The notes under the pieces are model-generated. The model searched no databases. It was not told the origin of the DNA and worked only from the letters and a program-made list of their open reading frames with translations. A program made the translations under genes and the position numbers. DNA of 64,000 nt from Octopus vulgaris (Eukaryota), in NCBI GenBank assembly GCA_951406725.2, contig OX597822.1, positions 39,618,001 to 39,682,000 on the forward strand, given 5' to 3'. Shown here piece by piece: positions 14,817 through 27,814 of the stretch; position 1 is the stretch's first letter; the number at the start of each line of letters is the position of its first letter.

Positions 14817-15191
14817 TTATAAAAGTATAATTATAAATAAGGGCGTTGGAATGCCAGTGCCTATACGCTAGAAGCAGATGTCAAATACCTGCAATCCAAT
14901 GTATGTATATATTAATATCTGTACGAGTAGATTTATCGGTATGTGTATGTATTTTTGGCTTATATATTAGTCGGTATATCTCTACTGAGGATTGCAAAGT
15001 AATTTTTATTACAGAGCATGAAATCTTAAGATATAGGGATTATCCGAAATTTTGTAAATCTTGCTCATTACCTCGCATTCGACCTGGGATTATAAATAGA
15101 GAACAAATTTAAAGTGGATTGTAGATATTTGACATCTACTTCTAGCGTATAGGCGCTGGCATTCCAGTGCCCTCATAATTATATTTTATAA
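14817..15191 (+). mobile_element. Fold-back element with about 85 bp inverted arms enclosing a hammerhead; PLE-derived
   Basis: GGGCGTTGGAATGCCAGTGCCTATACGCTAGAAG.. / ..CTTCTAGCGTATAGGCGCTGGCATTCCAGTGCCC. Confidence 0.75.
14978..15040 (+). ncRNA. Type I hammerhead ribozyme motif
   Basis: Stem I ATCTCTA/TAGGGAT; CTGAGGA 14985-14991; stem II TGC/GCA plus GTAAT/ATTAC (first pair mismatched); GAAA 15020-15023; palindromic ATCTTAAGAT; AUA site. Confidence 0.72.
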
Positions 15192-16315
15192 TACACACAC
15201 ACATACATGTGTGTGTTTGTGTTTAGGTTTCTCCCTCACCACTGCTTAGCAACTTGAGTTGGTGTATTTATGTTCCCGTAACTTAGCGGTTCGGCGAAAA
15301 GAAAACGATAGAATAAGTACCAGGCTTATTAAATCCTTCTAGGCAGTGCCCAAGCATGACCACAGTCTAATGACTGAAACAAGTCAACGATAAAAAATGC
15401 TCCGCTACTACCGTACTTTCTCTTCGCTTCTCCCGCCTGTTTCGCGTTAAAATTCTTACAAGACGTATACTACCATGTGTGTGGCAGTTGAGCATTCTGC
15501 TTTGAATAGCTAATTGTAAAGCTTTTCTCTCAGTATCCAATACGTACTACAACTCTGGAAACGTTTTGTCGTCTTGTAGAGTCATGTGTACCTTAAAAAT
15601 CCCACCCAACCATGTATAACTCCAAAATATCCCCAATACTTTTTTTTATGGTGACTCTCGTATTTGTTAATCTCAAATACCGTCTATCAGAAGGTTTCTG
15701 ATACACGTACTGTGTTTGTCTTTCTGCTTCTCGGTTTTAAAACAAGGCACAAGCCCTCTTTTCGCCCATATACTGTGAAACCCGCCCGTGGAGAGGCGTA
15801 TGGGATACCATCTCTAACTGTCTCTCCGGCTGACTTTCGGATTCAAAGACCAACCATATATTTCCATATTCTCCCCTTATTTTGTCACACATTAGTGGCA
15901 TATTGAAACTATTTGATGTTTTTTTCCTGAAAAATGAAAATTTGTCACTTTTTTTCAAGGCCTTCCAGAAATCACACATCAGGCAAGTAGGTACTTTCTT
16001 TTGTAACATGCTTCTTTCACATGCTTTCATTTGCATTGTCTGGTAACTCGTTTTGGCTCTCGTGCTACTAAAAAAATGTGTTGCTGCTGTTCTAGGCACC
16101 TTTATTATTGCCATTTAAATTTGAATTTGCTGCAAAGCTTTTCTGATACCTGATTTTTTTTCAAACTTGTGTGTATTTAATTAATTTTTTTTTTTTTGGT
16201 TTTTCTATCTTTTTCAAAGTCTGCTTCTGCGACAGCAAAATATCTGAGATGTGTCTTTCCTACTACCACCGTTCTTACCTACAAGTTCTCCAGTTACTAC
16301 AGGAATGGCGATATT

Positions 16316-16718
16316 CGTTTCTACTCTAGGCACAAGGCCCGAAATTTTGGGGGAGGGGACTAGTCGATTATATCGACCCCAGTACGCAACTGGTACTTAA
16401 TTTATCAAACCCGAAAGGCAAAGTCAACCTCGGCGGAATTTGAACTCAATACCGCTAAGCATTTCGCCCGGCGTGCTAACGTTTCTTATTTCTTTTATTG
16501 CTCGTAAAGGGCTAAACACAGAGAGGACAAACAAGGACAGACAAACGGATTAAGTCGATTATATCGACCCCAGTGAGTAACTGGTACTTATTTAATCGAC
16601 CCCGAAAGATGAAGGGCAAAGTCGACCTCGGCGTAATTTGAACTCAGAACGTAACGGCAGACGAAATATCGCTAAGCATTTTGCCCGGTGTGCTAACGTT
16701 TCTACCAGTTCGCCGCCT
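16316..16718 (-). mobile_element. Dimeric SINE family B with 18 bp TSD
   Basis: TSD TACAGGAATGGCGATATT at 16298-16315 and 16719-16736. Confidence 0.9.
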
Positions 16719-17869
16719 TACAGGAATGGCGATATTGAACCATCAATAAAACAAAGGAAAATGCTTGATTGCAATAAAATGTATACAATGGTGGCGTCCC
16801 AACATATGTACAACGGTGGTGTGTACAGGCTCTGGCTGAAACAAATAACAAAATAATAGAATGATAGAATGGATAATTTCAGAAGCCTCCGAAGCCTTTA
16901 GTTGGTGAAAAGAAAATTCCATTAGATGCAGAAGAAAATATTTTCTAAGCAAAGTTCTGAGACATTTGTGCATTTACGGCAAGTAGCAACTACCACAATA
17001 ATAGCAATAATTTTAACAACAACGATGATGATGATGATGATGATGATGATGGTGACGACGACGAAGATGACTATGACGACGATAGTGACGTTTATTTCAT
17101 TTATTTATCTCGAGGGATACGAATTAAGTGGACATTACAGAGACAGTTTACAAAAAGTGCGGAGGTTTACACGGAATCGAGAATAATTAAAAAAGATTAA
17201 GATCAGAAAAGTCAACAGGATAAATAAACAGAACTCAGAGAGGGAGACCTTCACTGAGGGTCACTCAAGGCCCCACATAGATGCAATATCACCCTGACTA
17301 TCAAGGGAAAGTGCTTCCTGTCTGTCATTATGTAACCTACAGGTCCATGGTGAAATTATATCCATTCACTCGCACCATTTTTTTCAAATTTACTGAAGGA
17401 AAACATTTTCCTGATTCACATCACAATGATGATGATGATGATAATGATCATAAAGACAACGACGACGACGACGACGTTAATGATGGAAGTGATGGTGATG
17501 ATGAGGAAGAGGGGGAGGAAAAAGATGAGGGGGATGACAATTTTTGTTCATTGCACCAGACCACATAATTCCTGCAGCAGAACATATATAATTCCATCGA
17601 CCCCAGTACTTGACGTGTACTTCAACAGAATTTGAACTCACAAAATAAAAGAACAAAATTAGATACCAGCTGCCGTAATGATTGTTTCTTACAGGGGCAG
17701 ATGGCCTGAAATGCCGGGGAAGTAAATCGACACTAATATCTGACTGGTACATTATTTATTGATTCTGAGAAGATAAATAACAAACTTGACCCCCGTGAGA
17801 TTCGAACTCAGGACGTAAAAGGCAGAAAAAAGTCAATGCAATTTATAATAGTTTACTCGAAGCACTAAG

Positions 17870-18838
17870 AAGGGCGACGAGTAGAAGATGAAGAAATGGA
17901 AGAAGAGGTGGAAGAAGACGACGACGACGACGACGACGAAGAAGAAGAAGAAGAAGAAGAAGAAGAAGAAGAAGAAGAAGAAGAAGAAGAAAGAAGAAGA
18001 AGCAGAAGAAACAATGGAAAAGGAAGAAAAGAAGACGAAGTAGAGGTAGAGGAAAAGAACTAATAGTAGTAGGAGGAGGAGGAGCAGGAGGAGAAGAGGA
18101 AAAAGTTGAGAAAAAAATGGAAGACGAGAGCCAGAGGAGAGGAGGGGGCTACGAGATGAAGAAGGAAAAGAAGAAATGGAGGAAGAAAAGAAATGGAAGT
18201 AAAAAGAAAGAGAAAGAATTAGAAGTAGGGGGTAAAAAGGAAGCAAATAGTAGTAGTAGTAGTGGTAGTAGGAGGAGGGGGAGGAAGAGGAGAGGGAGAG
18301 TAGGGAGAGGTGGAAGAGGAGGAGTTGGAGAAGAAAGACGAGGCCGGGAGGAAAAGGTGAGAAAGAAGCAAAAGAAGGGGTACAAGAAGAAAAGAGGAGG
18401 AAGTAAAAGAAGTAGATAGACAGAGAGAGAGAGGGAGAGAGAGAGGGAGAGAGAGAGGGAGAGAGAGAGGGAGAGAGAGAGGGAGAGAGAGAGGGAGAGA
18501 GAGTAGGGAGAGAGAGAGCGAGAGAGAGAAAGAGAGAGAAAGAGAGAGGGGTATTATGGTTCAAAAGTTTCTAGCAGACATTGTGGTGCAATTGTAATTT
18601 TATAGTTTCTGATTAATGATAACATAAAGAACAACATAAAGCACTTCAAAACATCTTTTGACCGTTGTTGTTGTTGTTGCTGTTGTTGTCGTCGGTGGTG
18701 GTGGTGGCGGTGGTAGTGTAGCGTTCGTTGTTGTGCTTGATATCATCGTTGTCGCTGTTGTGATTATTTTTTGCGCATGTTGTTGTTGTTGGTGTTGCTT
18801 GTAGTTTGCAGCATTGATGATGATGATGATGATGATGA

Positions 18839-18869
<31 letters not shown>

Positions 18870-19027
18870 GCTGTTATCGTTCATGATAATGCTGAAGGTT
18901 ATAATGAGAAAATTGATAGTGTTAATGAACATGTCGGTGTTGATAATAATAACGGCGGCGGCGATTTACATATAATGTTGATGTATTAGTAATAGTAGAA
19001 GTAGCTATAGCACTAACAGTTCTGATG

Positions 19028-19079
<52 letters not shown>

Positions 19080-19090
19080 TAACAATAATG

Positions 19091-19121
<31 letters not shown>

Positions 19122-19147
19122 CAATAATAATAATAATAATAATAATG

Positions 19148-19203
<56 letters not shown>
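17870..19203. repeat. Simple-repeat mosaic (GAA, GAC, GAGAGAGG, TGT, TGA, TAA)
   Basis: Directly visible. Confidence 0.9.
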
Positions 19204-19204
<1 letters not shown>

Positions 19205-21140
19205 CCCCTTTGACTCACGAATATTCAAGAAGACGAAAAGATAGATAGAGACAACCCTCTTAAGTACGAAATAGCCCGGCTATGGAAAATGAAGAAGGTG
19301 AAGATCGTCCCAATTATTGTTGGGTCCTTGGGAACCGCATCAGAAAGCATCAAACGCGGTGGGTACTTTCTTCTAAACCAACTTTCACTATTCACTATTC
19401 TTTCAATTCTGTTTTGACAATGGTGTTACTCCAGAACAGTGGAAAACTGCCAGTGTTATCCCTCTGTTCTAAAAAGGTGACCGCACATCACCTGTCAACT
19501 ATCGCCCCGTTAGTCTTACTAGCTGCATCGCCAAACTGATGGAATCCTGTGTCAGAGAAACCCTCTGGAACTTCTAGAAGTCTCACAGCCTCGTCCAGCC
19601 GTCACAATTTGGATTTCTTCCTAACTCCAGCTGCTGTAATCAACTCATCGGGTTTCTTCAGGACATTACCTGAATCACTGATCGTGGATCCTGGGTAGGT
19701 GTTGTTTACCTGGACTTTGCTAAGGCTTTTAATTCTGTGCCACACAAAAGACTTATGGTGAAACTCTCTGCAATGGGTGTAAGATATGATCTCTATAACT
19801 GGTTGAAGTCCTTCATTATCGGCCGAAAAGAGGTTGTCTCAGTTCTAGAACAGCACTCTTCACCCTATGAGATGACATCTGGTGTACCACAGGGATCTGT
19901 TATTGACCCCCTTTTATTTGTTGCATATGTTAATGACATAGATGCCAACTTAAAGAATGCCACAGTGCTGAAATATGCAGATGACATCAAACTGTACCTC
20001 GAAATAAAGAGGACAGATCCTGTATACTATAGATCTTTATTGCAATCAGACCTGGACACAATGCAGCAGTGGATCATGGACTGGCAACTCAAGCTGACTG
20101 TGGACAAATGTACCACTATGCATTTTGGGAAGAAAACCCAGCGTCTACTTACTCACTCCACAACACTAATCTCAAAAAGTCTTCTTGTAAACGTGACCTG
20201 GGCATTATTGTCGACAGCGATTTGGACAAAACACATCGACAGTTGGACAAAACACATTGCTAAAATTGCCAAGAAGGCATCACTCACTAAGTCCTTTGTG
20301 AGCCGCTCTCCGGCTATCTATCTACGGCTTTATATAGCTATGGTGCGACCTCACCTGGAATTTGCATCACCGGTCTGGAACCCCTATCTTGCCCAGGATA
20401 TTAATCGTATGGAAACCGTTCAGCGACGTGCAACCAAGAGAATACCCTCCGTCAGGCATTTGCCATATTCTGAACGTCTTACTTCCCTGGGCATGGATAT
20501 AATGAAACTCCGACGTCTGACAGCTGACTTGGCAGACACCCATAAAATTATTAACCATCTTACAAACAACAACTCTGAACACCTTTTCAAACTCCACCTG
20601 TCTAACACCCGTGGACATGTTTACAAAGTCAGAAAACAGCACAGCTCCCATGACTTTCGGAAACACTTTTTCACGCTAAGTGTTGCTGAAGCATGGAACA
20701 AACTGCCGGCATTAGTTGTTAGTTGTCGGAGCACTGCATCCTTCAAAACTTCCATGCCTCCTGAGATTCGCCAAAACTACACCTGATATTCTCCCCTCCA
20801 TACACACACAAGCATGTATCTGACTCATACTATGCTCACTTTTCAGACATTTGTACATTACTGCAGATGCTTTATATGCACTTTTGACAAGTTGTGGTGC
20901 ACCTGAGCACTGTATACAATAATTTCATTATCATTATTATCATTATCAATATAAAGGAAATTGGAATAGAGTGCCCAGTAGAACTGTTACAAAAGGTTTG
21001 CCTCGTTGGCACGGCCAAAATAATCAGGACAGCATTAAGTAGCTGAAAAGAACGGATAGCATGGTACCATAGGCTGCAGGTAGCGAGCTGGCTACGCATG
21101 CAAGTCTCCAGAAGCTCCAACATAACCTGTAATAAAGCGA
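19204..21140 (+). mobile_element. 3' fragment of an R4/Dong-like element (family C) split by a CR1 insertion
   Basis: LKYEIARLWKMKKVKIVPIIVGSLGT (about 19260-19350) resumes as NIKEIGIECPVELLQKVCLVGTAKIIR* (20948-21048); TAA flanks. Confidence 0.75.
19355..20947 (+). mobile_element. CR1-like LINE, 5'-truncated; RT ORF remnant 19737-20786
   Basis: NYRPVSL, YLDFAKAF.SVPH, SGVPQGS, YADD, VRPHLEFASPVWNP, WNKLP; (CATTAT)n tail. Confidence 0.92.
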
Positions 21141-21169
21141 TGATGATGATAATAATAATAATAATAATG

Positions 21170-21227
<58 letters not shown>

Positions 21228-21229
<2 letters not shown>

Positions 21230-21784
21230 GCCCTGATGCAGTACCAGGCAGTGGCTCTCATGGCTTCTGATCTTAACTGATTGGAAGTGTTATCATGTAC
21301 ATTGTTTTGTCTTGGTATAAAAGATGGGCTACAGCAAATATTCTGCTCAATACCACAGATTTGCTTGTCAGCTGTTTGACTTTAACCAGTTGAGCATGTC
21401 CCTTAGTGGCTGACGATATGTGCATCTCTGATCACGAGCAGAAGTAGTGGGGGAGCATCATAGCCATGTGTTGAGAGGGATTCTTTGGGGTTTGAATAAT
21501 TCACCTTTGGAAACATGGGTGTTTCGTTCAACGTCCTTAAACAACCCTTATTCAGGGACCTTTTGAGCGGGATGGGTTACTCGATCTGAAGAAAATTCTA
21601 ACTGGGCTCCACTTGCAAGGTCATGTGCTGTTTATCTTGATATGAGATCACCATGTCGCGCACATATGGTTGTGATGCATGTGCCTGATGTACCTTTATC
21701 AGACGGGTAGTCATGATGGGTATATTGGGTTTCGTATATTTTACCCCAATGTCACTTTGATGGCATGCTCTGCTCGCTCACTCA
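21228..21784 (+). mobile_element. Non-coding ~555 bp element bounded by (TAA)n, copy 1
   Basis: Homologous copies at 21823-22518, 25758-26400 and 51844-52180, each starting at or near a (TAA)n tract. Confidence 0.85.
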
Positions 21785-21822
21785 ATAATAATAATAATAA
21801 TAATGATAATAATAATAATAAT

Positions 21823-22518
21823 ATGTAATACCAGGTAGTGGCTGTCATGGCTCCTGATCTTAACTGATTGGAATTGTTAACATGTACATGTTTTGTCTTG
21901 GTGTAAAAGATGGGCTACAATGAATATTCTGCCCTGGGACCATCGTTGGGGTTTCCTACTGCCCATGAGTTGGGTTTGCCTCGAAAGCGACCTGCATGCG
22001 GGAGTGGCCAAGCATCGGAGAGTACCGAGCTCAATCGACCTCTCCTTGTGGGCCCTCCGCTGAAGCTAGGTTGTAGCGGCGATCATACTTACTAGAGACC
22101 GCAGATTTGCTCGTCAGTTGTTGGACCTTAACCATTTTAGCGTGTCCCTATGTGGTTGGAGATATGTGCATCTCTGATCACGAACAGGATTAGTGGGGAG
22201 AGGAGGGTATCATACCCATGAGTTGAGAGGGATTCTTTTGGGGTTTGAATTACTCACCTCTAGAAAAAGGAGTGTTTCGTCCAATATCCTTAAACAACCC
22301 TTTGAGTACCACTACTCGGCCTGAAGAAAATTTTAACTGGGTCCCACCTGCAAGGTCATGCGCTGTTAATCTTGATATGAGATCACCATATCGCGCACAT
22401 ATAGTTGGGATGCATGTGCCTAGTGTACTCTTATGAGACGAGTAGTCACGATGGGTATACTGGGCTTCGTATATTTTACCTCAATGTTATTTTGATGACA
22501 TGCACTACTCTTTCACTC
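21823..22518 (+). mobile_element. TAA-linked element copy 2 with a ~160 bp GC-rich insertion (21933-22096)
   Basis: Collinear with copy 1 apart from the insert. Confidence 0.8.
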
Positions 22519-22552
22519 AATAATGACAACAACAACAACACTATTAATAATG

Positions 22553-22766
22553 ATTCCAAAGTTTGGCACAAGGCCAGCAATATCGGGGCAAGGGATAAGT
22601 CGATTATATCAACCCCAGTACTCAACTGGCACTTTTTTTTTATCGACCCCGAAAGGATGAAAGGTAAAGTCGACCTCGGCGAAATTTGAACTCAACGAAA
22701 CGACGGGCAAAATACCGCCAAACATTACGCTCGGCGTGCTGACGATTCTGCCAGCTCACCGCCTTA
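22553..22766 (-). mobile_element. SINE family B
   Basis: Head GGCGGTGAGCTGGCAGAA; GTCGACTTTACCTTTCATCCTTTCGGGGTCGAT domain. Confidence 0.85.
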
Positions 22767-22772
22767 ATAATG

Positions 22773-22827
<55 letters not shown>

Positions 22828-22828
<1 letters not shown>

Positions 22829-23721
22829 GATTTCATTTATTTGTCACAAGGGTGAAGGTTAAGGGGGACAATACAAAGACAGACTTAAAGTGTGGGGATT
22901 TACATATGACGAAATGATAAACATAGGAAAGAAAGAAAATATACACGGTATACGTTGACAAAGAAGGCAAATATGCATAGCATACGAAGGTCTAAAAAGA
23001 AAGTGGTGGGGAGGATGATAGAGATGTGGCTCTCCTAATACAGGAAGGCCTCTAGGGATAATAGAGGAACCCCACTGTCCGAGATTTCTCTGAAATCCAA
23101 GGAGCAAGTGCCCTCTCCAATTATTTCTCTCCGACTTACAGATCTACACTTAGAGAGGTAGCATCCTCTCTTGCCATTTTCGCAACTTCCATCCACCTTT
23201 CAATAAACTCTCTCCGAGGATAGCACTTCCCTCTCCACTCTCAATTTTCTTTTCAAGTGAAACTTGAAGAAGTCAAGGAATGTATCTGAACTCATGCCTA
23301 TCAGTGTTGTCCATCAAACAACCTCTTTCGCCACAGCCACCAGGCAAAAGAAAACTACTTTGCCTGCCCGGCTGAAGGAGGGCCGCGGTGTGGTCATCAC
23401 TACAGTCTTGGCCGATAGACGAATCCGTCCCGCACAAGACAGTAGCTGTTCAATATAACCCTACATCAGCAATGTCCGAACACTAAACGATGACGTTGTG
23501 TCACTCTGCGCGTACCTCGGACAAGCTCGTCTAACAGCACATCCGTGTCTGTAGAGTTTATCTCGAACTGGTAGATCCCCACCCCACCTCACCCCGGTTG
23601 CACTGCCAGGCCAAGGACATCTGGGAATTATCCATGATAGTTCTCGACCAGAATGTCCTCCGTAACAGACTAGCCAGTTCGTTTTCGTTGGCACCCAGAG
23701 TCTTCCCGAGAACGTCGTCGC
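22828..23721 (-). mobile_element. Tx1/L1-clade LINE 3' fragment
   Basis: LPVRDKLYRHG..CPR zf-RVT-like region, VFFCLVAVAKEVVW; 3' UTR with AATAAA; homologous to 56270-57530. Confidence 0.7.
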
Positions 23722-23845
<124 letters not shown>

Positions 23846-23847
23846 TG

Positions 23848-23912
<65 letters not shown>

Positions 23913-23913
<1 letters not shown>

Positions 23914-25628
23914 GAACTGGATGCGGATATAAATGTTACGGCAAAACGATCAGCCACCTTTTATATATGGATGACCTAAAACTATACGCTGCAAATGACA
24001 AACAGCTGGAAACACTATTAAAGACAGTTCATGGATTTACCAAAGAAATAGATATGAAATTTGGATTAGAAAAATGCGCCAAAGTAACCATGAAAAGAGG
24101 AAAACTAGTTAAGAGTAACAACATCACACTAGATGAAGCAAATGAAATAAAAGAATTAGACCAAAGCCAAACTTACAAATACTTAGGAATCCATGAACTA
24201 GATAAGACACAACACACACAAATGAAAGAGAAAATAAAAAAAGAATATTATAGACGAGTTAGATCAATACTAAACACAGAGCTCAATGCTAAAAACAAGA
24301 TAATAGGTATCAACACTTTAGCTGTCCCAGTTATAAGTTACAGCTACAATATCCTTAACTGGACACGAAATGAACTGACCAAAATAGACAGGAAAACAAG
24401 AAAAATAATGACAGGATCTAGGATGCATCACCCAAAATCTGACATAGAAAGACTATATATACAACGTATAGAAGGTGGTAGAGGCCTTATACAGCTGGAA
24501 AACTACTATAAAATAACCACCATAGGACTGCAAAAATACCTACTTCAGAAGGAAGGAAAACTGATCCAGATAGCGGCAAAACACGAGCAAAGCAAAAAAC
24601 TGTTCTCAGTATTTAAGGAAGCTGACAAATACAAACAAGAAATCATACCACCTAATAAACATGAAGAAGAAGAAGAAGAAGAAGATGAAGAAACAACAAA
24701 AGCTATAAAAAAAATGAAATCCAAACTAAAAATAGAACAGCAACGAACCATGATAAAACGATGGCAAGAAAGGCCCCTTCATGGTAAATACTGGACTAAA
24801 CTAAACGCAAAAGAAATAGACAAAGAAAAATCCCAGCAATGGTTGAGAAGCTCAGGACTCAAAGCAGAAACAGAGGGATTTTTAATTGCAGCACAAGATC
24901 AAAGCCTCCCCACCAGAAATTACCAAAAACATGTAATGAAAAGAAATATTACAAGTAACTGCAGAATATGTGGAGATGGACAAGAAACAATAAATCATAT
25001 TATCTCTAGCTGCCCAGTCCTGGCTAAGAAGGAATATATTCACAGACATGACAGAGTTGGAACTTACATACATTGGAAGCTATGCCAACATTATGGAATA
25101 ACAACAGAAAAAAGATGGTATAGGCACACACCAGAAAAGGTCACAGAAAACGAGAAAGCAACCATACTCTGGGATATGCCGATACACACAGATAGAGAAA
25201 TTAAGGCCAACAGACCAGATATAGTTGTCAGAGACCATGAAGAAAAAAATGCTTTCTAATTGATGTATCAGTACCGGCAGATGACAACGTGTCTCTAAAA
25301 GAAATGGAGAAACTCTCAAAATACAATGACCTGGAAATAGAGGTAACTAGAATGTGGAATCTGAAAACAGAAACAATTCCTATCATAGTAGGTGCATGAG
25401 GCATGATAAAAAAATATTCAGACAAATACATAACAAAAACACCAGGACTTACAAACACATATAACATACAGAAAATTGCACTACTAGGCACTGCACACAT
25501 CCTACGCAGAACACTTTCCATACAATAACCATCAGAGCATCACAACAAATCACAGCACATACCCAAGGCACACAGAGCTGCGCTCGGTAGTGAAGTGAAA
25601 GCACGCTATAAAAATAAAAATAAAACTA

Positions 25629-25632
<4 letters not shown>
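23913..25632 (+). mobile_element. R4/Dong-like element, family A, longer copy (RT C-terminus, CCHC, RLE)
   Basis: ISHLLYMDDLKLY, FGLEKC, YKYLGI, CRICGDGQETINHIISSC, RPDIV; near-identical to 12083-13472. Confidence 0.95.
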
Positions 25633-25704
<72 letters not shown>

Positions 25705-25757
25705 TGCATGGCCGCGGCTTTGAGCTTTGACTGTTAAAAGAGCTTTGACTGTTAAAA

Positions 25758-26400
25758 GCACTGGCTCTCATGGCTTCGGATCTTAATTGATTGGAATTAT
25801 CATCATGTACATGTTTTGTCTTAGTATGAAAGATGAGCTACAGCAAATATTCTGCTGAGTACCACGTTTGTTTATCAGTTGTTTGACCTTAACCATTGGA
25901 ATATGTTCTTTAGTGGCTGACGATATGTGTTTAGTAGGGAGAGTTAGGTAAGCGAGAACATTGTTGTTGATGGTGTTGAATGAGTGATCTGCAGTTGGAA
26001 CACCAATTTAGTAAGAGATTTTGTTCAGTATGAGAAAATGTTACGATGCGTATGCATGGCACGATTCCAACAGGTATAGAAATAGAGCAAGGGATGTAGT
26101 CTTTGTGTTTTAACAAATATACCTTTATTACTGCCAAGTTAATACAGTAGAGCCAAATGCTCACAAATAAAAGGTAGCAAAAAATGGTTGTTTGCAAATA
26201 TATAGGTAAACAGAAAAATTAATCCGCGTGAATATAAGTGTCTATGTAAGTGAGCTATGGAACGTGTCAAATCCCCATCTCTGACACGAGTAGAAGCAGT
26301 TGGGGTGCATCATAGCCATGAGTTGAGAGGGATTCTTTTGAGATTTGAATACATCACCTCTCGAAAGACGAGTGTTTCGTTCATTATCCTTAAACAACCC
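25758..26400 (+). mobile_element. TAA-linked element copy 3 with a ~345 bp unrelated insertion (25930-26275)
   Basis: Host sequence GACGATATGTG|CATCTCTGA is split by the insert. Confidence 0.75.
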
Positions 26401-26474
26401 TCATTCGTGCTAACGATTCTGCCAGCTCACCGCCTTCAACACTACTAGTAATAGCAGTACTATTAATAGTATTA

Positions 26475-27310
26475 ACAAGAGCACTCAGAGAGCGCAAACC
26501 TCCGCCAAGGCAACACCAACGTCTCCTCAACCATTAGCCAAAGCTGATTTTTAAAATGAGAATATCTGCTCTCTCAAACATTAAAAATGAACCCGACCAC
26601 TCTCAAAAATTAAGTAAAAAGGAAAAAAAAAACGGAAAAATAATCCAGAATTCTTGTCCAATACCTGATCGATCCCAATGATAGTCATGGAATGTGAAGA
26701 TGCCTGTAGAAAATTTAGTAACAGTAATAAATATATTTGTTTACTACCCACAAGGGGCTAAACACAGAGGGGACAAACGAGGACAGACAATGGGATTACG
26801 TCGATTACATCGACCCCAGTGCGTAACTGGTACTTAATTTATCGACCCCGAAAGGATGAAAGGTAAAGTCGACCTCGGCAGAATTTGAACTCGGAACGTA
26901 ACAACAGACGAAATACGGCTACGCATTTTGCCCGGCGTGCTAACGTTTCTGCCAGTTCAGCTGCCTTAGTAACAGTAATAAATAGTTTATCCTTATCTAA
27001 TACAAGCCAAAGTTAACAAATTTACCATTCAAAATAGTTAATGCCTAAAAGGAGATAATTGAGAAAGACTTGAAGGTTAACGTAAGATCGTAATCATGTA
27101 AAATAAAATAAATATGACAAATAATCCAGAATCCTTATCCGGTACCGGATCGATCCCAAAATCTAATAACTTCGTGCCAGTCATGAGAATAAACATCCCT
27201 GAAAGTTTCATCCAAATCCATTCAGCGGTCCTTGGGATATCTTGTCCACGGACAAGCAAACAAACGCGACTGGAAACATTACCTCCACCTTCGCTAAGGC
27301 GGAGGTAATA
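26475..27310 (+). mobile_element. Helentron/HINE-like non-autonomous element, interrupted by a SINE
   Basis: Subterminal ACCTCCGCCAAG and terminal hairpin ATTACCTCCACCTT-CGCT-AAGGCGGAGGTAAT. Confidence 0.55.
26734..26965 (-). mobile_element. SINE family B with 19 bp TSD
   Basis: TTAGTAACAGTAATAAATA on both sides. Confidence 0.9.
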
Positions 27311-27415
27311 ATAGCAGTACTAGTAATGTTAACTGTAGTAGCTGTTGCAGCATTAGCTGTTGCAGCATTAGCTGTTGTTACGGCAACAGCATTACGAATA
27401 GTAGTAGTAGTAGTG

Positions 27416-27452
<37 letters not shown>

Positions 27453-27732
27453 CTGTTGTTGTTGTTGCTGTTCTTGTTATACATTGATCTGCAATCACAA
27501 ATAACATATTACTATTATGTAAAGACAGAAGTTCGATACAAAAGATAGCGTAAGAAGAAGGAAAAAGCTTAAGATTTCCGTTCTGCCCTTTGAAAACACT
27601 GGAAAACCTTTCGTCGGACCGATAAAAACAAAAAAGAAGTAAGGAGTGGGTAGGAACGGCGATCGGGGAAGATATATCACGAAACAATACAATGCTATAG
27701 CTACAATGAATGCGATTGATAAACAGACAAAT

Positions 27733-27814
<82 letters not shown>

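Noticed and set aside
15420-16260. Decayed LINE ORF1 fragments (also 57560-58190) and a transposase remnant at 6480-6700
   Set aside because: Resemblance too weak to call without a profile search
21228-21460. U1 snRNA derivation of the TAA-linked element
   Set aside because: Only short words (TACCAGGCAG, TAGTGGGGGA) resemble U1; spacing and Sm site do not fit
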